DNA of 57,759 bases, counting the filler, from Sphacelaria rigidula (Eukaryota), in NCBI GenBank assembly GCA_964200075.2. It is 9 parts of 9 records of this genome, joined end to end, with 100 filler letters (N's around TTAATTAATTAA, not from the genome) between each part and the next. Parts side by side here need not be neighbours in the genome. Positions count along the whole stretch, not along the records: positions 6,430 to 12,758 come from CAXNAA020020740.1; positions 12,859 to 19,187 come from CAXNAA020020741.1; positions 19,288 to 25,616 come from CAXNAA020020742.1; 6 more parts are not named here. One strand, 5' to 3'. The position numbers and the translations under genes were made by a program. Within the stretch, counting starts at the first letter, position 1. Each line of letters opens with the position of its first letter. This document shows, piece by piece, positions 11,780 to 24,349 of the stretch. Below the pieces are notes generated by a model. The model made no database searches and was not told where the DNA came from. It was given only the letters and a program-made list of their open reading frames with translations.

Positions 11780-12758
11780 CCTAGACCTGGTCGTAACCGC
11801 ATGTACACTTCATCACTCAGCTCAGATTGTACGAGAGCTTGCTCAATGTCACAGTAGAAAATGGTATTTCCCTCAGCTCAAGCTACCGCCGCCGCTACTC
11901 TGTTGGTTGTTGAGGAATGGGTAGGTAAAAACGTTGAAATATCGCCAATGTCTTGACGATCACCGCTGAAAAGCAGTCGAGCTTTCGGCTTTATCACTTA
12001 ACTATGCTCATCAGTCTTCCACTGAAAAACCGACTAGGAATCTATTGCTTTCTCTTCTACTGGCGGTGAGTGTGCAACTGTCAACGTGTTGTTATGTTCC
12101 AATCTTTACACCTCTCTATTCATTCCATCAATCCACACTCTCTTGAACAGAGAATTGTATACACCCTTTACCGTCTTCGGTGTTTCCTCCATCCCATCAA
12201 GAGTCACAGACGGAATAACCTCCAACTCAGACTACCCTGTTTTTCTTCGGTCGTCCGTGTCGCCCAGGAATGCCATTATCCTGTCCGCGCCCCACAAATC
12301 CCCCGCCGTTATCCACAATGCACTGTGATCGCCTTGTAGATGCTATATGTCAAGGACATGTTGATGCAGTCGTTGTTCTTTGCGTTGTTGCTGTAGCAGT
12401 CGTGTCTGTTGCCTCGTCCGACCCAGCGTCGGCTCAACCGAATCTAGTTGGTTCGCGGCATCTCTGCCACCGACAGCCGATGTCTCCGACGAGTCACGTC
12501 CGGAAGATGGTGCAGACGATGTAGACGACGTAGGCGACGCAGGCGGCTGCTCCACTGTGTTCTCGCCGTGGTCATTGTGAGGTCCCTGCTCAGATTCCGA
12601 CCGCTCATTGCCATCTCTTTCACGCTCCTCGGACACCGCATCATCCATAAACAACAAATTGTGCGAATTGAGATTTAACTCCGAGATGAGGTTACGCCTA
12701 AAGCAGTGCTTTCCCCAAACCTTCAGCGATGGTGCCCAACGACGTTTTTGTCGGCCTA
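11780..12758 (-). pseudogene. Host Copia A: integrase-RT linker and RT N-terminus (degenerate)
   Basis: Reads VFQWKTDEHS*VIKPKARL...CDIEQALVQSELSDEVYMRLRPGLG and joins in frame to the sequence left of Copia B. Confidence 0.88.
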
Positions 12759-12858
12759 NNNNNNNNNNNNNNNNNNNNNNNNNNNNNNNNNNNNNNNNNN
12801 NNTTAATTAATTAANNNNNNNNNNNNNNNNNNNNNNNNNNNNNNNNNNNNNNNNNNNN

Positions 12859-13118
12859 TTTGGGACCGACCCCCCACTAAAAAAAAAGTCTGCGAGCGAC
12901 TTGCCCAATCACGGCGAGGCGAAATTTATCGACCAGACCCGAACGACCAGCGCGGGGACTGTTGCCGAGTGTGATGCTACTGCAAAGATCGTATGGGGGC
13001 CTTATCCCTGGCCCAGATAAGCCTTCCCAGGTTTCCAAGTGCAGGGCGGTCGGAATTGATTATATGATATTAATTGCACTCAGTACAGCGTTCCCGAGTT
13101 TTCCGATGGAATTTTTGG
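12859..13118 (+). repeat. Dispersed repeat family X
   Basis: Strong match to 29958-30250 (TTTATCGACCAGACCCGAACGACCAGCGCGGG...GGCCCAGATAAGCCTTCCCAGGTTTCCAAGTGCAGGGCGGTCGGAA). Confidence 0.85.
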
Positions 13119-14169
13119 GTCACAATTATATACTAAAACGTAGTAATTACACTAACACAGGGTTGTCCGGGGAAACCGGGAAGGAGTGTGTACATGCTAC
13201 AATGTGGCCATTTTTCACGAGGCATGTAACCCAGGTGGGCAGTGGAAGGACAAAAGGAGCTACCGGCATGAATTCTGCTTATCCCTCTGCCGATGACTTG
13301 TAGTGTGCAGTTAACATGTATGTAGTGGGTGGGGATGAAGAAGCGGTACATGGGCAGTCGATCTCGGTAGCTGAGAACTGCCGAGAACGTGCAAGGGGGT
13401 ATGCAGCGTCAGCTGCTGCTTCAGTCGGAGAGGCGTACTACGCTGTACTGTACTATACTGTTGTATGCATGCACCTTGCGACGTCGATACCCTTCGCCGA
13501 GAATTTGCCGCATGCAACACAGGGGAAAATGGCGGTCCACTCAGACCACAAAGGGCTGTGTGGCAAGGTGATAGGGACAAAAGTATCATCCGAAGCCACA
13601 AGTGGCGAGCGGCCCGCCGGTCGCCGCATCCTGTTGGAAGCTCTCTATCGTGACCCATACTGCCTGCTACATCAAATGCACACCAGCTAATGCGCACCCT
13701 GCACCTGAAAATAGATTGGAAGAAACTTTCTATCTTCGTCATGACCCTGCGGTTACATACGCGAATTTTCAGCAACACGCCACTGTTTCGTGCATACGCC
13801 AGACACGTCATTCCTGACGAGCCTCATTGGTCCTTCTGGAGGCTCGGTCCCAAAGGATCAACAAGCGATATCCGAAATCGAGGATGGAGCTTTTCATTGC
13901 GGATGATAACCCGAAAAATGAAAATCTTTTGCATCCACACCAATTCTTCGGCATATGATTCCATTCCTTCATCTACTGGTAATTATTGACAATTACTATG
14001 CACCTTATAATTTCGGATTCCGATTACCGATATTTGGGGGACCTAGATGAAGAAAAAAAAATCGGGAATTTAGGCGATCCAGCCAGTACCAGTGAGTGTC
14101 TTCCTTAACTACGTGTAGACTGAGACATAGTCGATCGATTGATTGTCGCATACAGAATATATTTCATAT

Positions 14170-14355
14170 TCCCTCTCTCATTTTTTTTCTTCACGTCTCA
14201 GTCTACTGTGTCGTTCTGTTCGACTTTTTTCTCTGTTTCTTCTTATCTTTAGCGAGTGTTTGAGTTTTGCTTTTCTTGGGTGCGTCTACCATGCGACCAC
14301 GGCTGGACCCATGGGTGGTCAGTTAAACTGCGACAACCAATAAAAAAAATCAAAT
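14170..14355 (+). mobile_element. Non-LTR retroposon/SINE 3' end (family T2)
   Basis: TCACGTCT.AGTCTACT...GACCACGGCTGGA.CC..GGG...CAGTTAAA.TGCGACAA plus an A-rich tail. Other copies at 26225-26438 (+), 41020-41256 (-) and 38048-38108 (-). Confidence 0.75.
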
Positions 14356-14425
14356 CTTTTATTGCCCCTTCCCCCGCCTCCCCACCCCACCCCTCCACCC
14401 ACCGATGTCCACTCGCGTGTGGCAG

Positions 14426-14527
14426 TTGTCCGGCGGAACCCTCCAGCAAGGCTTGCTGGCGCTCAGACGGTTCAGCGCCTTGGAGTCAAGGCAGCATTCT
14501 GTGCTCGCGAGGCAGATGCAAGAGCAG
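14426..14527 (+). CDS. Internal exon of an F-BAR/FCH-like coiled-coil protein
   Basis: cag|...|gtaaac, 102 bp, phase 0-0. Translates to LSGGTLQQGLLALRRFSALESRQHSVLARQMQEQ, fitting the F-BAR pattern gTL..a...l....e...H..la..l. Confidence 0.65.
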
Positions 14528-14859
14528 GTAAACCCGTGCAACAGCACGATTTTTTGTTGGTCACTATTGCTCCAGAAACACCTTGTCTGGGCCCAGAGCT
14601 CAATCCATGTGATTGAGAAGGGGGGTTAGGGCTGGCTGGGGGAGGGCGGGAAGGCAAAGTCTCGGCATGCGCGTCGACAACATGATATGCTTGTGTGCAG
14701 AGATGCTTCGGAGATGGTTGATACAGCCGTGCATGCGGAAACATCGCTGATTTCTTGGGGGGGGAGTAATCCCACGATGAGGACGGGGGAGGAGGGAAGA
14801 GGTGTTTCGAGGCACTTGTTGCACGAAGGAGCGTCGATGCAGGTAGGAACTTTCATTTG

Positions 14860-15295
14860 AATGCTGTTGGTATTGAGATAAACATGCGCGTGAACATCCC
14901 TCTTGATGGCGGGTTCATTCAGCCACGTAAAAGCCATCGTTCCACATGTCGGAGAACTCAATTCACCTCTGCTCAAGCTTTTCTCATTTTCGTATAACTA
15001 AGCGTTGACTTATACGGCAACACAACAGTAAATTTACCGGATGAGGCATGTGGTAAAAATCGGTGCTACCATTTTTCCTCTCGGTGAGCTATCCTGTATA
15101 CCTTGGCGGTACCTAGTCCATTATTGGGTGGGTTTAAATGGTATTACTCGGCGGTACCTATTTCCACCGAGTAGTGACTGAGCCGACTCATGAGCTTTCC
15201 AACGTGTGCAGTGTTCGCATCGGATGTTCCTTTGGTTCATGATGTGCATTTTTCCTGGGCATCAACAATTGCCGTCGTGCCACGATGGGCTGAAG
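14860..15295 (-). mobile_element. Probable degenerate Helitron Rep/Hel N-terminal fragment
   Basis: With frameshifts it reads GKMHIMNQRNIRCEHC..RWKAHE, FTTC.SSGKFTVVLP and a YN(S)AF(Q)M-like motif, in the order known for Helitron N-termini (C..C.A..w..E, CC..GK..LP, R.YN..F.M). Confidence 0.45.
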
Positions 15296-15301
15296 CGGTA
15301 C

Positions 15302-15304
<3 letters not shown>

Positions 15305-15339
<35 letters not shown>
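15305..15339. repeat. (TA)n microsatellite
   Basis: Direct reading. Confidence 0.95.
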
Positions 15340-15342
<3 letters not shown>

Positions 15343-15348
15343 CACTTA

Positions 15349-15821
15349 GACCGACTCTAATGACAGCCGTTCAAAATTCCTGTCAAAAACTGCCTTTTTT
15401 GGCCCTTCTCCGTCGTTTTACGCCTGAAGAAAGGGCTAGGCACATATTGACGCCTTGGAAGGACTTGCTCTACTCGTCGAGACCGTTCCAGGGCAAGTTT
15501 GCATTCCCCACTGGCTGCACTTTTATTTTTGACCAAACACTGATTTTCAATGAAAAACTGTCAAACGATAGAAAAACAGGGGGGAATTTCGATCATCTGA
15601 TCGTTTTTTACCGAAAATCCGTGTTTGACCTGGTTTGGCCAAAAATACCACTGCGGCCAGCGGGGAAAGCAAAGTTGCCCTGGAACGGTCTCAACGAGTA
15701 GAGCAAGTCATTCCAAGGCGTTAACATCCGCCTAACCCTCTTTTCGGGCGTAAAACGACGGAGAAGGGCCCAAAAGGCAGTTTTCAACAGGAATTTTGAA
15801 CGGCTCCCATCAGAGTTGTCC
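15349..15821. mobile_element. Foldback MITE, PIF/Harbinger (Tourist)-like, 473 bp, TTA target-site duplication
   Basis: Inverted arms of ~190-200 bp. TTA at 15346-15348 and 15822-15824. Arm core shared with 41260-41729. Confidence 0.85.
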
Positions 15822-16063
15822 TTATGGCGTAATGTTGAAATTTACGGCTTCAAATCTCGACACACTTACTTGTCTTCTTGAGCAGAATTCGGTGTCCGTC
15901 ATGGATAACGTGAGGAATCGTTAGTAGCAGACTATGTTTTGACGATTCAACGATGGACGACGCGTTGCGGGAAGGCTGATCCAATTCGCGATTCATTGTC
16001 AGGCATGTACCGGGGGAAAGATGGATGGGTTGACCCCTTGAAGCGGCGGACTCGTGCCGAGGA

Positions 16064-16224
16064 GGGGGGGGGGGGGGGGGGGGGTACCCATTTGTTGCTT
16101 GCCTTCGTCGTGTGACCATTGACCACGCATCCCTTTCGAGACGGTGCAGGAGGGGGCGTACTCATTCCTTGTTTGCCTTAGTCGTTTGGCATTGGCCTCG
16201 CATCCCTTTTGAGACGGAGCACCG
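16064..16224 (+). repeat. Two tandem copies of G-run-led mini-repeat family Z. Other copies at 18353-18429, 25785-25835 (-), 28942-29022, 36571-36678 and 42386-42496
   Basis: G(n)cgTACTCATTTGTTGCTTGCCTTAGTCGTTTGACCATTGACCACGCATCCCTTTCGAGACGGAGCA appears seven times across four unrelated contigs. Confidence 0.9.
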
Positions 16225-17653
16225 GAAGGGGGGGATGGTGGCAGGGGGACGAAGACGAAGATTTCGCGTAACACCTTGTGGTTGTGTCACCCAACACTTG
16301 TCGTAGTTTTGACTAATCGTATTGTTTCACCTCGCGCTCCTACGCATTGAAACTGCTTCCCCCCGCAAAATAAAATCTCCCACCATCCTCCGTTTGTGAA
16401 GATTTTCACGTCGGCAGATTTTGTGTTTCAAATTACCCGTATGTATATATATATATATATATTTGTATATTTTCTATGGACACACTTTCCTCTCACGAGC
16501 GTTTTGTCTTTATTTTTTCCTTGGGGGTACACACGCCTGTACATTTTTGGTCACTGCCGTATTAGTGGCGGTTGAGTTCATGTGCGACGAGCGATCACTT
16601 GACAATACGTGGTGGCGCCAACACAAGGAACATTCGCTACAGTAGTACTACACGACGCGAAGACAGAGAGTAAAACATTCAACGCTGATTGACGTACTGC
16701 ATGATGAAAAAGGCACGGTAAAAAGTGCGAAAAAAAAGAGAGAAAATATCGGTACACTTCTTGGCTCCGATCGTGTCGTGTGTGTGTGTGTTTGTGTGCG
16801 TGCGTGCGTGCGCGCGCGGGGGGGCTTATCCTACAGCATTCAAAAGCACCTGACAGCAGATACTAGAACAACGACCGGAAGCGGAAAATGAGAAGACATC
16901 TTCTTTGTTTTTGGCTTGTGGTGTGTTGAACCCTCTATCGCCCATGAGTCAACAGTCCGGTCTTTCAGATTCCTCTATTATACAAGGAATTTGGAATCGT
17001 TATTTTGTGAACATTGGGTCTGGGCCCGCTAGGCCCCTGCGACGCACATAGCTCGTCCACACACGGCCAGCAACTGCTCTGGAATCGCTATGCATTTCCG
17101 TTGTCGAAAGCCTTGATAACAACGGTAGCCGTATACGAAGGGATACAGGGTGTGGCCACCCTGCCGCGCTGTGAGCGTTTGCACACTAGATTGCAACAGC
17201 ACTTCATCTCGCCTGCTCACTCATGTTTCGCCCACTGCGAGGCTAGTGATCAATAAGTGGAATACGCAGAGAGTTATGCCGCGATAGCCCCCCCCCCTCC
17301 CCCTCCCCCCAAACCAGCCGCAAAACTGTCGCGAAGACTACGGCCCTGCAGCGCATGATGACTCGGTTCAGACTGCATGAAGCGCCCCATGTAGGCGACA
17401 CTGGCGAAAAACGGTCCGAAGCGTGGGAGTGTCCAGCTGCTCGTTGTGCTCGACTTTTGTCGTTTTGATTTACATGTAGATTTTGCCTCCCCAAACCACC
17501 CACTTTTGTGGGGGGTGCTATCGCGGCATCCGTTCAAAATCGGTTTTTGCGCCCAGACGCGCTGCTAGGTGTTCCTCGTGTTTACCATCACTATTCTGCC
17601 ACGGGACTGTCAGGACTCATAGCAGGCCGCGGGTCCTAGAGTGGTGAATCCTT

Positions 17654-17733
17654 TGACCGCCAGGGTGGGTCATCTGGATCTCGGCAATTTTTCAAAGTGA
17701 TGCTAATTTGCCAGATGACCCACTCTGGCGGTC
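17654..17733. repeat. Small inverted-repeat (hairpin) element
   Basis: TGACCGCCAGGGTGGGTCATCTGG pairs with CCAGATGACCCACTCTGGCGGTCA (23/24). Confidence 0.8.
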
Positions 17734-18015
17734 ACAGATTTGAGGTGCTCGAGCAAAGACTTATTTACTCGTCATCAATTTTTCATTTCTCGCATTCAGA
17801 TATTCGTGAGTTCATGGTCGGGAACTCCAGTGTACGGATTTGACGCTGGCGGACGCTACAAATCGAATCTCGATCCGGCGAGAATCTTCACGGTTTAGAG
17901 TAAAAAATTGGATCTTGATTGTCTCCGTTGGCATCATCAGTACATCGGGGTCCGGAACGATGGCGATTTCATGAGTAACTGGGTACGAGTGTTTTTTTTT
18001 CACAAATATACGGTC

Positions 18016-18076
18016 GGGGTCCCAGCATAGTGCGGTGGATCGCTAGCCCGCCACGACAGCACCATACTGGGACCCC
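18016..18076. repeat. Small hairpin
   Basis: GGGGTCCCAGCATAGTGC pairs with GCACCATACTGGGACCCC (16/18). Confidence 0.6.
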
Positions 18077-18724
18077 TTACTACGCTGTTGTAGTGCGATT
18101 TACTCGATAGTTATGATATCGACCGCACTTACGAGAACCCGCATTTTACAATACATGTTTGCGCAAGCACTCGAACATTTTTCGTACTATTTTCGCCGCC
18201 TCACATCGCAAATATTATTGTTTTTGTTAACCAAAGATTAGTGGTTGGCTATCCATATTACAAGGACGCTGCGTAAGGTTGTTGCAGTCAATTCCCAGTC
18301 GTCCTATGATGAGTAGGGATGGGGTGGATAAAGGGTGCACGAACAAAGTGAAGGGGGGTGGGGCGTACCCATTCGTTGTTTGCCTGAGTCGTGTGACCAT
18401 TGACAACGCACCCCTTTCGAGACGGAGCATGAAGCGGTTGTTTTCAAGAGTGTGTTGATTACACTTCACGCACTTTATTTATTTTAGCCATTTCTTCGTG
18501 GGTGAAAGCTTTTCGTCTCAAGGCGCTGTGTGTATATCTTATGTTGTTGATGTTATAAGAGGACCTCAGTAAACATTTGCTGCCTGTGACTGTAACGCGT
18601 CGCCCCAAAGTGGATCTTTCGTGCAACAAGTGGCGCGGAAAACCAGTGACGCTGGACTTAGTTTTTTCTTGTTTTCATTCTTTTCCCTTGAAATTTTCGG
18701 GTATTTGCGCCGCTCCCGTTTCAG

Positions 18725-18841
18725 TTTCACCAGCCGTTGGAGCAGGCAATGACAAGACATGCGGACTTTGTCATGAGGGCAAAGATTGGCGTGCAGCGGT
18801 CCGCGCAGCTGGTCCAGGAGGCCGAGGCTAAGCTCACCAAG
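18725..18841 (+). CDS. Next internal exon of the F-BAR-like gene
   Basis: ttcag|...|gtattt, 117 bp, phase 0-0. Translates to FHQPLEQAMTRHADFVMRAKIGVQRSAQLVQEAEAKLTK, continuing the F-BAR helix (..PL.. then coiled coil). Confidence 0.65.
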
Positions 18842-18905
18842 GTATTTGATTCGTTTTGTTGTTGTTGTTGTTGTTGTTGTCGTTGCTGTTGGCATTCATA
18901 GCTGT

Positions 18906-19187
18906 ACTGTGTGTGTTGTCGTCCCATTTATTCTGGGCACCAGTCTAGACCTTTCGGTATATGTGGGCGCATCAGCCGGGGTGGGGTCACACAGGAGGAA
19001 GGTCAACACAGGAGTTTTTATTTTATTTTTTATTTGTTTTTAAGACCCCACCTCCCTTCTGCGGTGCTTGCCTTTCGTTTTTATCGCGAAAGGGGTTCAG
19101 CGGTCCCGATCCCTCGTCGACCGTTAAGTTGAATTTTGTGTACCCACGACATAGTGGCTCTCCACTGTTGGGCATGGTGTGAGAAAA
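18906..19187 (-). mobile_element. SINE family A copy (head cut off by contig end)
   Basis: Matches 19643-19820 (TTTTATCGCGA.AGGGGTTCA...CACGACATAGT.GCTCTCCACTGTTGGGCATGGTGTGAG) and has a (CA)n tail. Confidence 0.8.
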
Positions 19188-19642
19188 NNNNNNNNNNNNN
19201 NNNNNNNNNNNNNNNNNNNNNNNNNNNNNNNTTAATTAATTAANNNNNNNNNNNNNNNNNNNNNNNNNNNNNNNNNNNNNNNNNNNNTTGTCTTTTGTGT
19301 TATTGGAGAGTGCCTAGACTGAGTTGACCCTATGACTGAGGGATCAGATGTTGAGTGACCTCAGCAGGCAGCGTGATAGCTGCCATGAGCAGGGTACTGT
19401 AGTCACACACACTCGACTACCAGTACCCGCACGTCCGCATTAATCTTTCCGCACATGTGTATGTTCACTCAGTGTACCTGTTCACATGAACAGCTCGATC
19501 CCGGTAAACTCTACTGCACAGGCGCCAATTTGGGGTCTACCAAGGCCGATCACGCATACTTTTTTCGAGTGAATATTGGTGCCGATTTAGTAGGTCACCT
19601 ACCCTCGCGACCTAAGGATTAACCCTCAGCCCGTGATTCGGG

Positions 19643-19853
19643 TGTGTGTGTTGTCGTCCCATTTGTTTTTTGTACTCCATATTCCTTTTCCGATGCTTGC
19701 CTTTCCTTTTTTTATCGCGAGAGGGGTTCAACAGTCCCTTTCCCTCATCGACCACCAAGCCGAATTCTGTGTACGCACGACATAGTCGCTCTCCACTGTT
19801 GGGCATGGTGTGAGGAAAAATCTCAGATCGCTCCGAGATTTGAACCCACGACC
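19643..19853 (-). mobile_element. SINE family A: B box, body and tail (split by Gypsy insertion)
   Basis: B box GGTTCAAATCTC at 19846-19835. Rejoins the head at 24612-24657 across the GACC TSD. Confidence 0.85.
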
Positions 19854-20116
19854 TATGGCCTCATAGCTACCAGACGATCTGGACAACAGGACTATTCACG
19901 AGGGACTCCTCCAGTAGCACTGACCCCGTGCTCGACAAGTCCTTTCTTCTCACTTATTATTATCACGGAGTGATCCTCTACAGACCACATCAAGAGCCAG
20001 ACAACAAGGGGCCACACAAATTAAGGTTATCAATCCAGGATCCCCTGCCCCCTGCCACCGCTCCAATCATGCATGCGGTTATACTGAAACCTACGGCTTG
20101 GTATCATTTGGGTACA
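19854..20116 (-). repeat. 3' LTR of Gypsy (263 bp)
   Basis: Direct repeat of 24350-24607. Minus-strand termini are TG...TA. Confidence 0.95.
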
Positions 20117-20229
20117 GCACCCCCCAAAGCGAGTTCAAGACAAACGAACGAACTTGACAACCAACAATAACCAAGGTGAAATCGCATGCGCCAGATCACA
20201 AAGAAATACTCCGGAGTACCATACTCCAG

Positions 20230-21880
20230 TGCTAATGTACTGGTCAGCGCCCGGGTCAACCGCATTTTACGCCGTTCCTTCAAAAAAAATTCAGGCGCAG
20301 AAGAATGAATCTTGCGAGGAGACTCCCACGTACGTTCTTCAGCATCGAGCCCTTCCCAATCGACTAAACCAATGACATCACCATTGTCATCCTCAGCGAC
20401 GTGCACCAAAGCATTCATCCGACATTCACCTTGAGCATACGAATACTGAAATACATATTTTTGTTCCGCAGTGATGTGCAACTGCGAGTCAGCATAGAAA
20501 TGCAAACGAGCGACATGGGCCGAGTGCACGGCGCCAGAAACAACGTTCTGCACCGAATACACGGGAGCGTGATCGGCTCCGGCCACTCGCCACGGACCTG
20601 TTCACGTGGACATCAACTTTGGCGTCACCCCTTGCCTCCGAACACTGGCATACAATACGAAATCACCAACTGCAAACTTGGGCGACACAGCCTGGCCCTG
20701 AACAAGGTTGCGTTTGGTTTCGCGAGACACCGCGACAGCAGCTTACACTTCGTTACAAAACCGCACTTGCTCGTCAGCCACGCCTCGAACCTTGTCACGC
20801 GACGAATCAGCACCCATGACATCGACGTTCCACTCGCCGCCAGTGACAGAAGCCAGCGCGGAAAACGCTGTACGCGGTGTACGCCGAAACATCACACAAT
20901 ACGGAGTGCTACGGTAGCCTTCACGAAAATAAGTATTCAACGCCCACTGAGCGGCTGTCAAAACATCAACCCATTCGGACACCAGCCGTCGCTGCTCCGA
21001 CAAAATAGACCGCAACCCACGAATAACCTCTTTCACCATGCGTTCACAAGCACCATTCGACCAAGGGTATACGCAACAGCAAATTGGTGTTGCACCTTCA
21101 GCGCATCGCTCAGCTGCGCGATCACTCGATTCTTGAAGTACGTGGCGGTATTACTAACCCAAACACGCGGCACCCCAAATTCTTGCACCAATGGAGCAAG
21201 TGCTTAGCCGTAACCTCGGCGGTGCAAGCCTCGGTCGGCTCCAAGCAAACGAAATTGGACGAATGATCTATGATAACCAAAACGTACCGAATACCGTCCT
21301 CCTCAGGCATACCATTAGCACTCTCAGGTCCGCTACTTCCGACGCACAGAAAATTAAAGTGAACAACTTTACCCGGCGCAGTACCATGGACAGTATCGCC
21401 ATAAGGACGAGGTACAATCTCACCAGCACGAGTGTCTCCACAATGCAAACACTGGCGAACGAACTCGCGAACGGGGGAACCCATGTGAGGCCACACACAA
21501 TATTTTTTCAAACAAAACAGAGTCGGCGCCACACCACGGTGACCAGCCGACCCCATGTGAGCGCACGCCATCAAGCGAGTTTGTAGAGCCTCATCATCCG
21601 ATGGAATCCACAAAACATCACTACTGCCAACACGCACGCGAAACAAACCATCGTCAGCCAAAGTAGCTTGACCGAAAGTCGTAGGAAAAAATGAACACCG
21701 TCGCCGACTGTTTTGCGCGGCGCGGTACGAATAACATCTAACGAGAGCAGCGAATCATCGGCACCACACGGGCTGTACACGGCAACAGAACGAACAGGCA
21801 CGGTAGGAACCTTCACCAAGTGCGATAACAAATCTCCCCAACAATTTTTCTCTCCAAGAATGTGTTCACTGACATACCGA
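20230..21880 (-). pseudogene. Gypsy integrase plus C-terminal chromodomain (frameshifted)
   Basis: ORFs 21122-21661, 20743-21039 and 20104-20586 contain AHMGSAGHRGV..CLHC, YVLVIID..SNF, QWALNT and V.W.G....TWE. Confidence 0.9.
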
Positions 21881-21884
21881 TATT

Positions 21885-24142
21885 GTTGTTGGGCTCCCAG
21901 CAACTCCCGCATATCTTCTTGGCTTGGCATCACCCCCGGAGACTGTTCCACTTGCGCGTTCTCCGCTTGATAGTCGCTGACCAAACGGAATGTGTCCCTC
22001 TTTGGCACGCCATCGCCGGACTCGCCCACACAGCCTGAATATTCCTAATCAACAAACCAAATGCCACCAAAACTGCGATGCATGAAGCAAGCCACACGAT
22101 TTTCACCGGATCGCGAGGCTTGGTCTTCACAGCCTCCTTCATTGGCTCCACGCGCGCTAGCGGATCAACACGCAGAGCACGACGAAATGTATCTACACGA
22201 CAAGCCAACATATCACGCAGACAATGTGCGCCATCGGCGCTCAGGCTCTTCTGCTCGGCCTGCTGCACGCTATCTTCAAGCGCACGTTCTTTCGCACCTC
22301 TCTCCTCCACAGGGTCCATGAACATGTCCGGCCCCCGATCGACCAAGCGCTCTACCGCTTCATCAGTAGGAGCGTCCTCCTCATTGGCGCTCTGGAATGA
22401 TTGTATGGATACGATCACACGCCTTGCAGCAAGGTGACGGGGGTTTTCCACGCTCGTGTACACCGGCACAGCACGCGGGCGTGACTTCTCCAACGCCAGC
22501 GGATATAGATCAATCCCGAGCTTCTTCATTGTCGCCATCCCAAATAGAACCACGTTGTCCCTACCGGGAATGACAGCGAAATTATTGAGCTGCAACTGCA
22601 CAGCCCCCTCTGGCGTACGCACACTAACAGTAATCGGCACCGTTTTGTGTGTAACCATCACGGGAGCACCCGTGGCGGTCTGTGCCGTTTGCGGTCCGTT
22701 CTCGAAAGGAATCTTAAGCTGAGCGCCGCCAAACTGCGAAGACATCTGCTCTAGCAACTCCACACCGATCGACGTGAGCGCGGACCCAGAATCCAGAATA
22801 ACGCGGGCCATGAACAAACCTACAGAAGAACCAGGCAAGGATAAATCTGCGCGTAAGCATTCAGCCTTGCGATCGACAGGTACCACGCCTGCCAAAGAAC
22901 CCCATTCTGTCCCAAGAGTCACCTGACGCCAGGGCTGCCCTCCAGCACTTGGCATCGATAGCTGTGAATCGTCGGTCCAACCAGACCAAGTCGCCGAATA
23001 TATATGCAGACGGCGCTGTTACAGCCATCGCAGCAGTAGCGAATGCACCAGACACGGGTTCTGCCTGGCCAAGGGGTTGCAAGCTATTCGCACCAGCACT
23101 CCCCTTCAAAGTATTTGCATTTCCCACGTACACTGTCCGCCCCGCTGCGGACGAACCATAAGATCCAGAATCACCACCTGATGACGTGGTGGAAGAAACA
23201 GCAGCGGAGGAACCATCATCCGCCGCCGATTGCTTGCTACCGCGGCCGCCGCCCCCGCGTCCCTGATTGGCACGGCCCCGTCCACCGTGACGACCGCCCC
23301 GAGATCTTGATGAATCTCGTACATTACCCTGTGCCGCGCCTTGAGCGTGAGGCTTGGGGCAGTCCTTGATCATATTTCCGGCGTCGCCACAGTTGTAACA
23401 CGCGCGAGTGGACGACTCTCACGAAGACGGCTGCTCTTTCTGTTTCTATTGCTGTTTGCGGCGCATACCACCTGCACTTGTTGCAGAGTCGCGCCGGCCA
23501 TGTGCTTCAATGAACTTCCACTGGTCGGCCGCCTCAAATAGTCTTTTTGAACACCACCGTCGGGTTCTTTCTCCAGCTGTCAACATACATTAGTACACTT
23601 CTAACGTACGCCTTAAATTCCGGGGGCGAAATCCCGTCCACCATAGCTATGGAAACCGACTCGGCCGGGCCTGGCAACCAACTCCTGTCCTCCGCACGGT
23701 ACATGGCTTGCACCATCAGGTTCTCCGCAAACAACCGTTCCATATCTGAACTGACCATGATAGCACGATCCCTGACAGTTTTCCCCCCGCTTTGCTTCAT
23801 CGCAGGTACTCTACGCAGGTCTGCTGCAGCCCGTGCAGCGTCATGCTTCCCACAGGTTGTAGTATACCCGGCATGCTGCTTCACAACATCAAGCAATTAA
23901 TCGGGGGTCATAGCCCAACCTTCCTTGTACATGTCTTCGAAGCAGCGGTGAATGTAGACAGGAATGAGTTGCCCTATGCTTACTCTCTTCTGCCGTATAA
24001 CTCCTTGTGGATTCGCGAGACTCCTACGCTGTATGTATTCAAGATAACCTGCGAAAAAAGAGCGTGATGCCTCTTCTGTCCATACTTCGACATACTTTGG
24101 CGGCTGTAGTGACTCACCTAACACCAGCGGCGCTACCGCCAC
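21885..24142 (-). pseudogene. Gypsy gag, aspartic protease and RT N-terminus (disrupted)
   Basis: ORFs 23897-24142, 23534-23896, 22861-23373 and 21930-22955 (LDSGS, VLFGM). Confidence 0.88.
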
Positions 24143-24349
24143 TTGACCTATGTCGTCTATGCTTCAAACATTTTATGGAGAGACTCTTCTTGCCTGACTT
24201 GTGCGTCCTTCAGCTCACAGAGCGTCCCCCACTGCTGTGCGCTTCAAGGTAGTCTCCTCCTACCTGCGGGCTAAACTGGCTCTCAGCTGCAGCCCACTTC
24301 TCCTCAGCAACAACTCCTCTAACAGAGTGCCGGAAGAATATCTAGATAT

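Noticed and set aside
11506..11784. Solo LTR with ACTAG/CCTAG target-site duplication
   Set aside because: A matching LTR with a PPT lies at 7257-7539 and gag starts just inside. CCTAG is better explained as the TSD of the whole nested element.
20401..21207. Long plus-strand ORFs (also 45868-46752, 22078-22437 and 33608-34045)
   Set aside because: They are antisense shadows of Gypsy pol or of the acidic repeat in the Myb frame, with no independent motifs.
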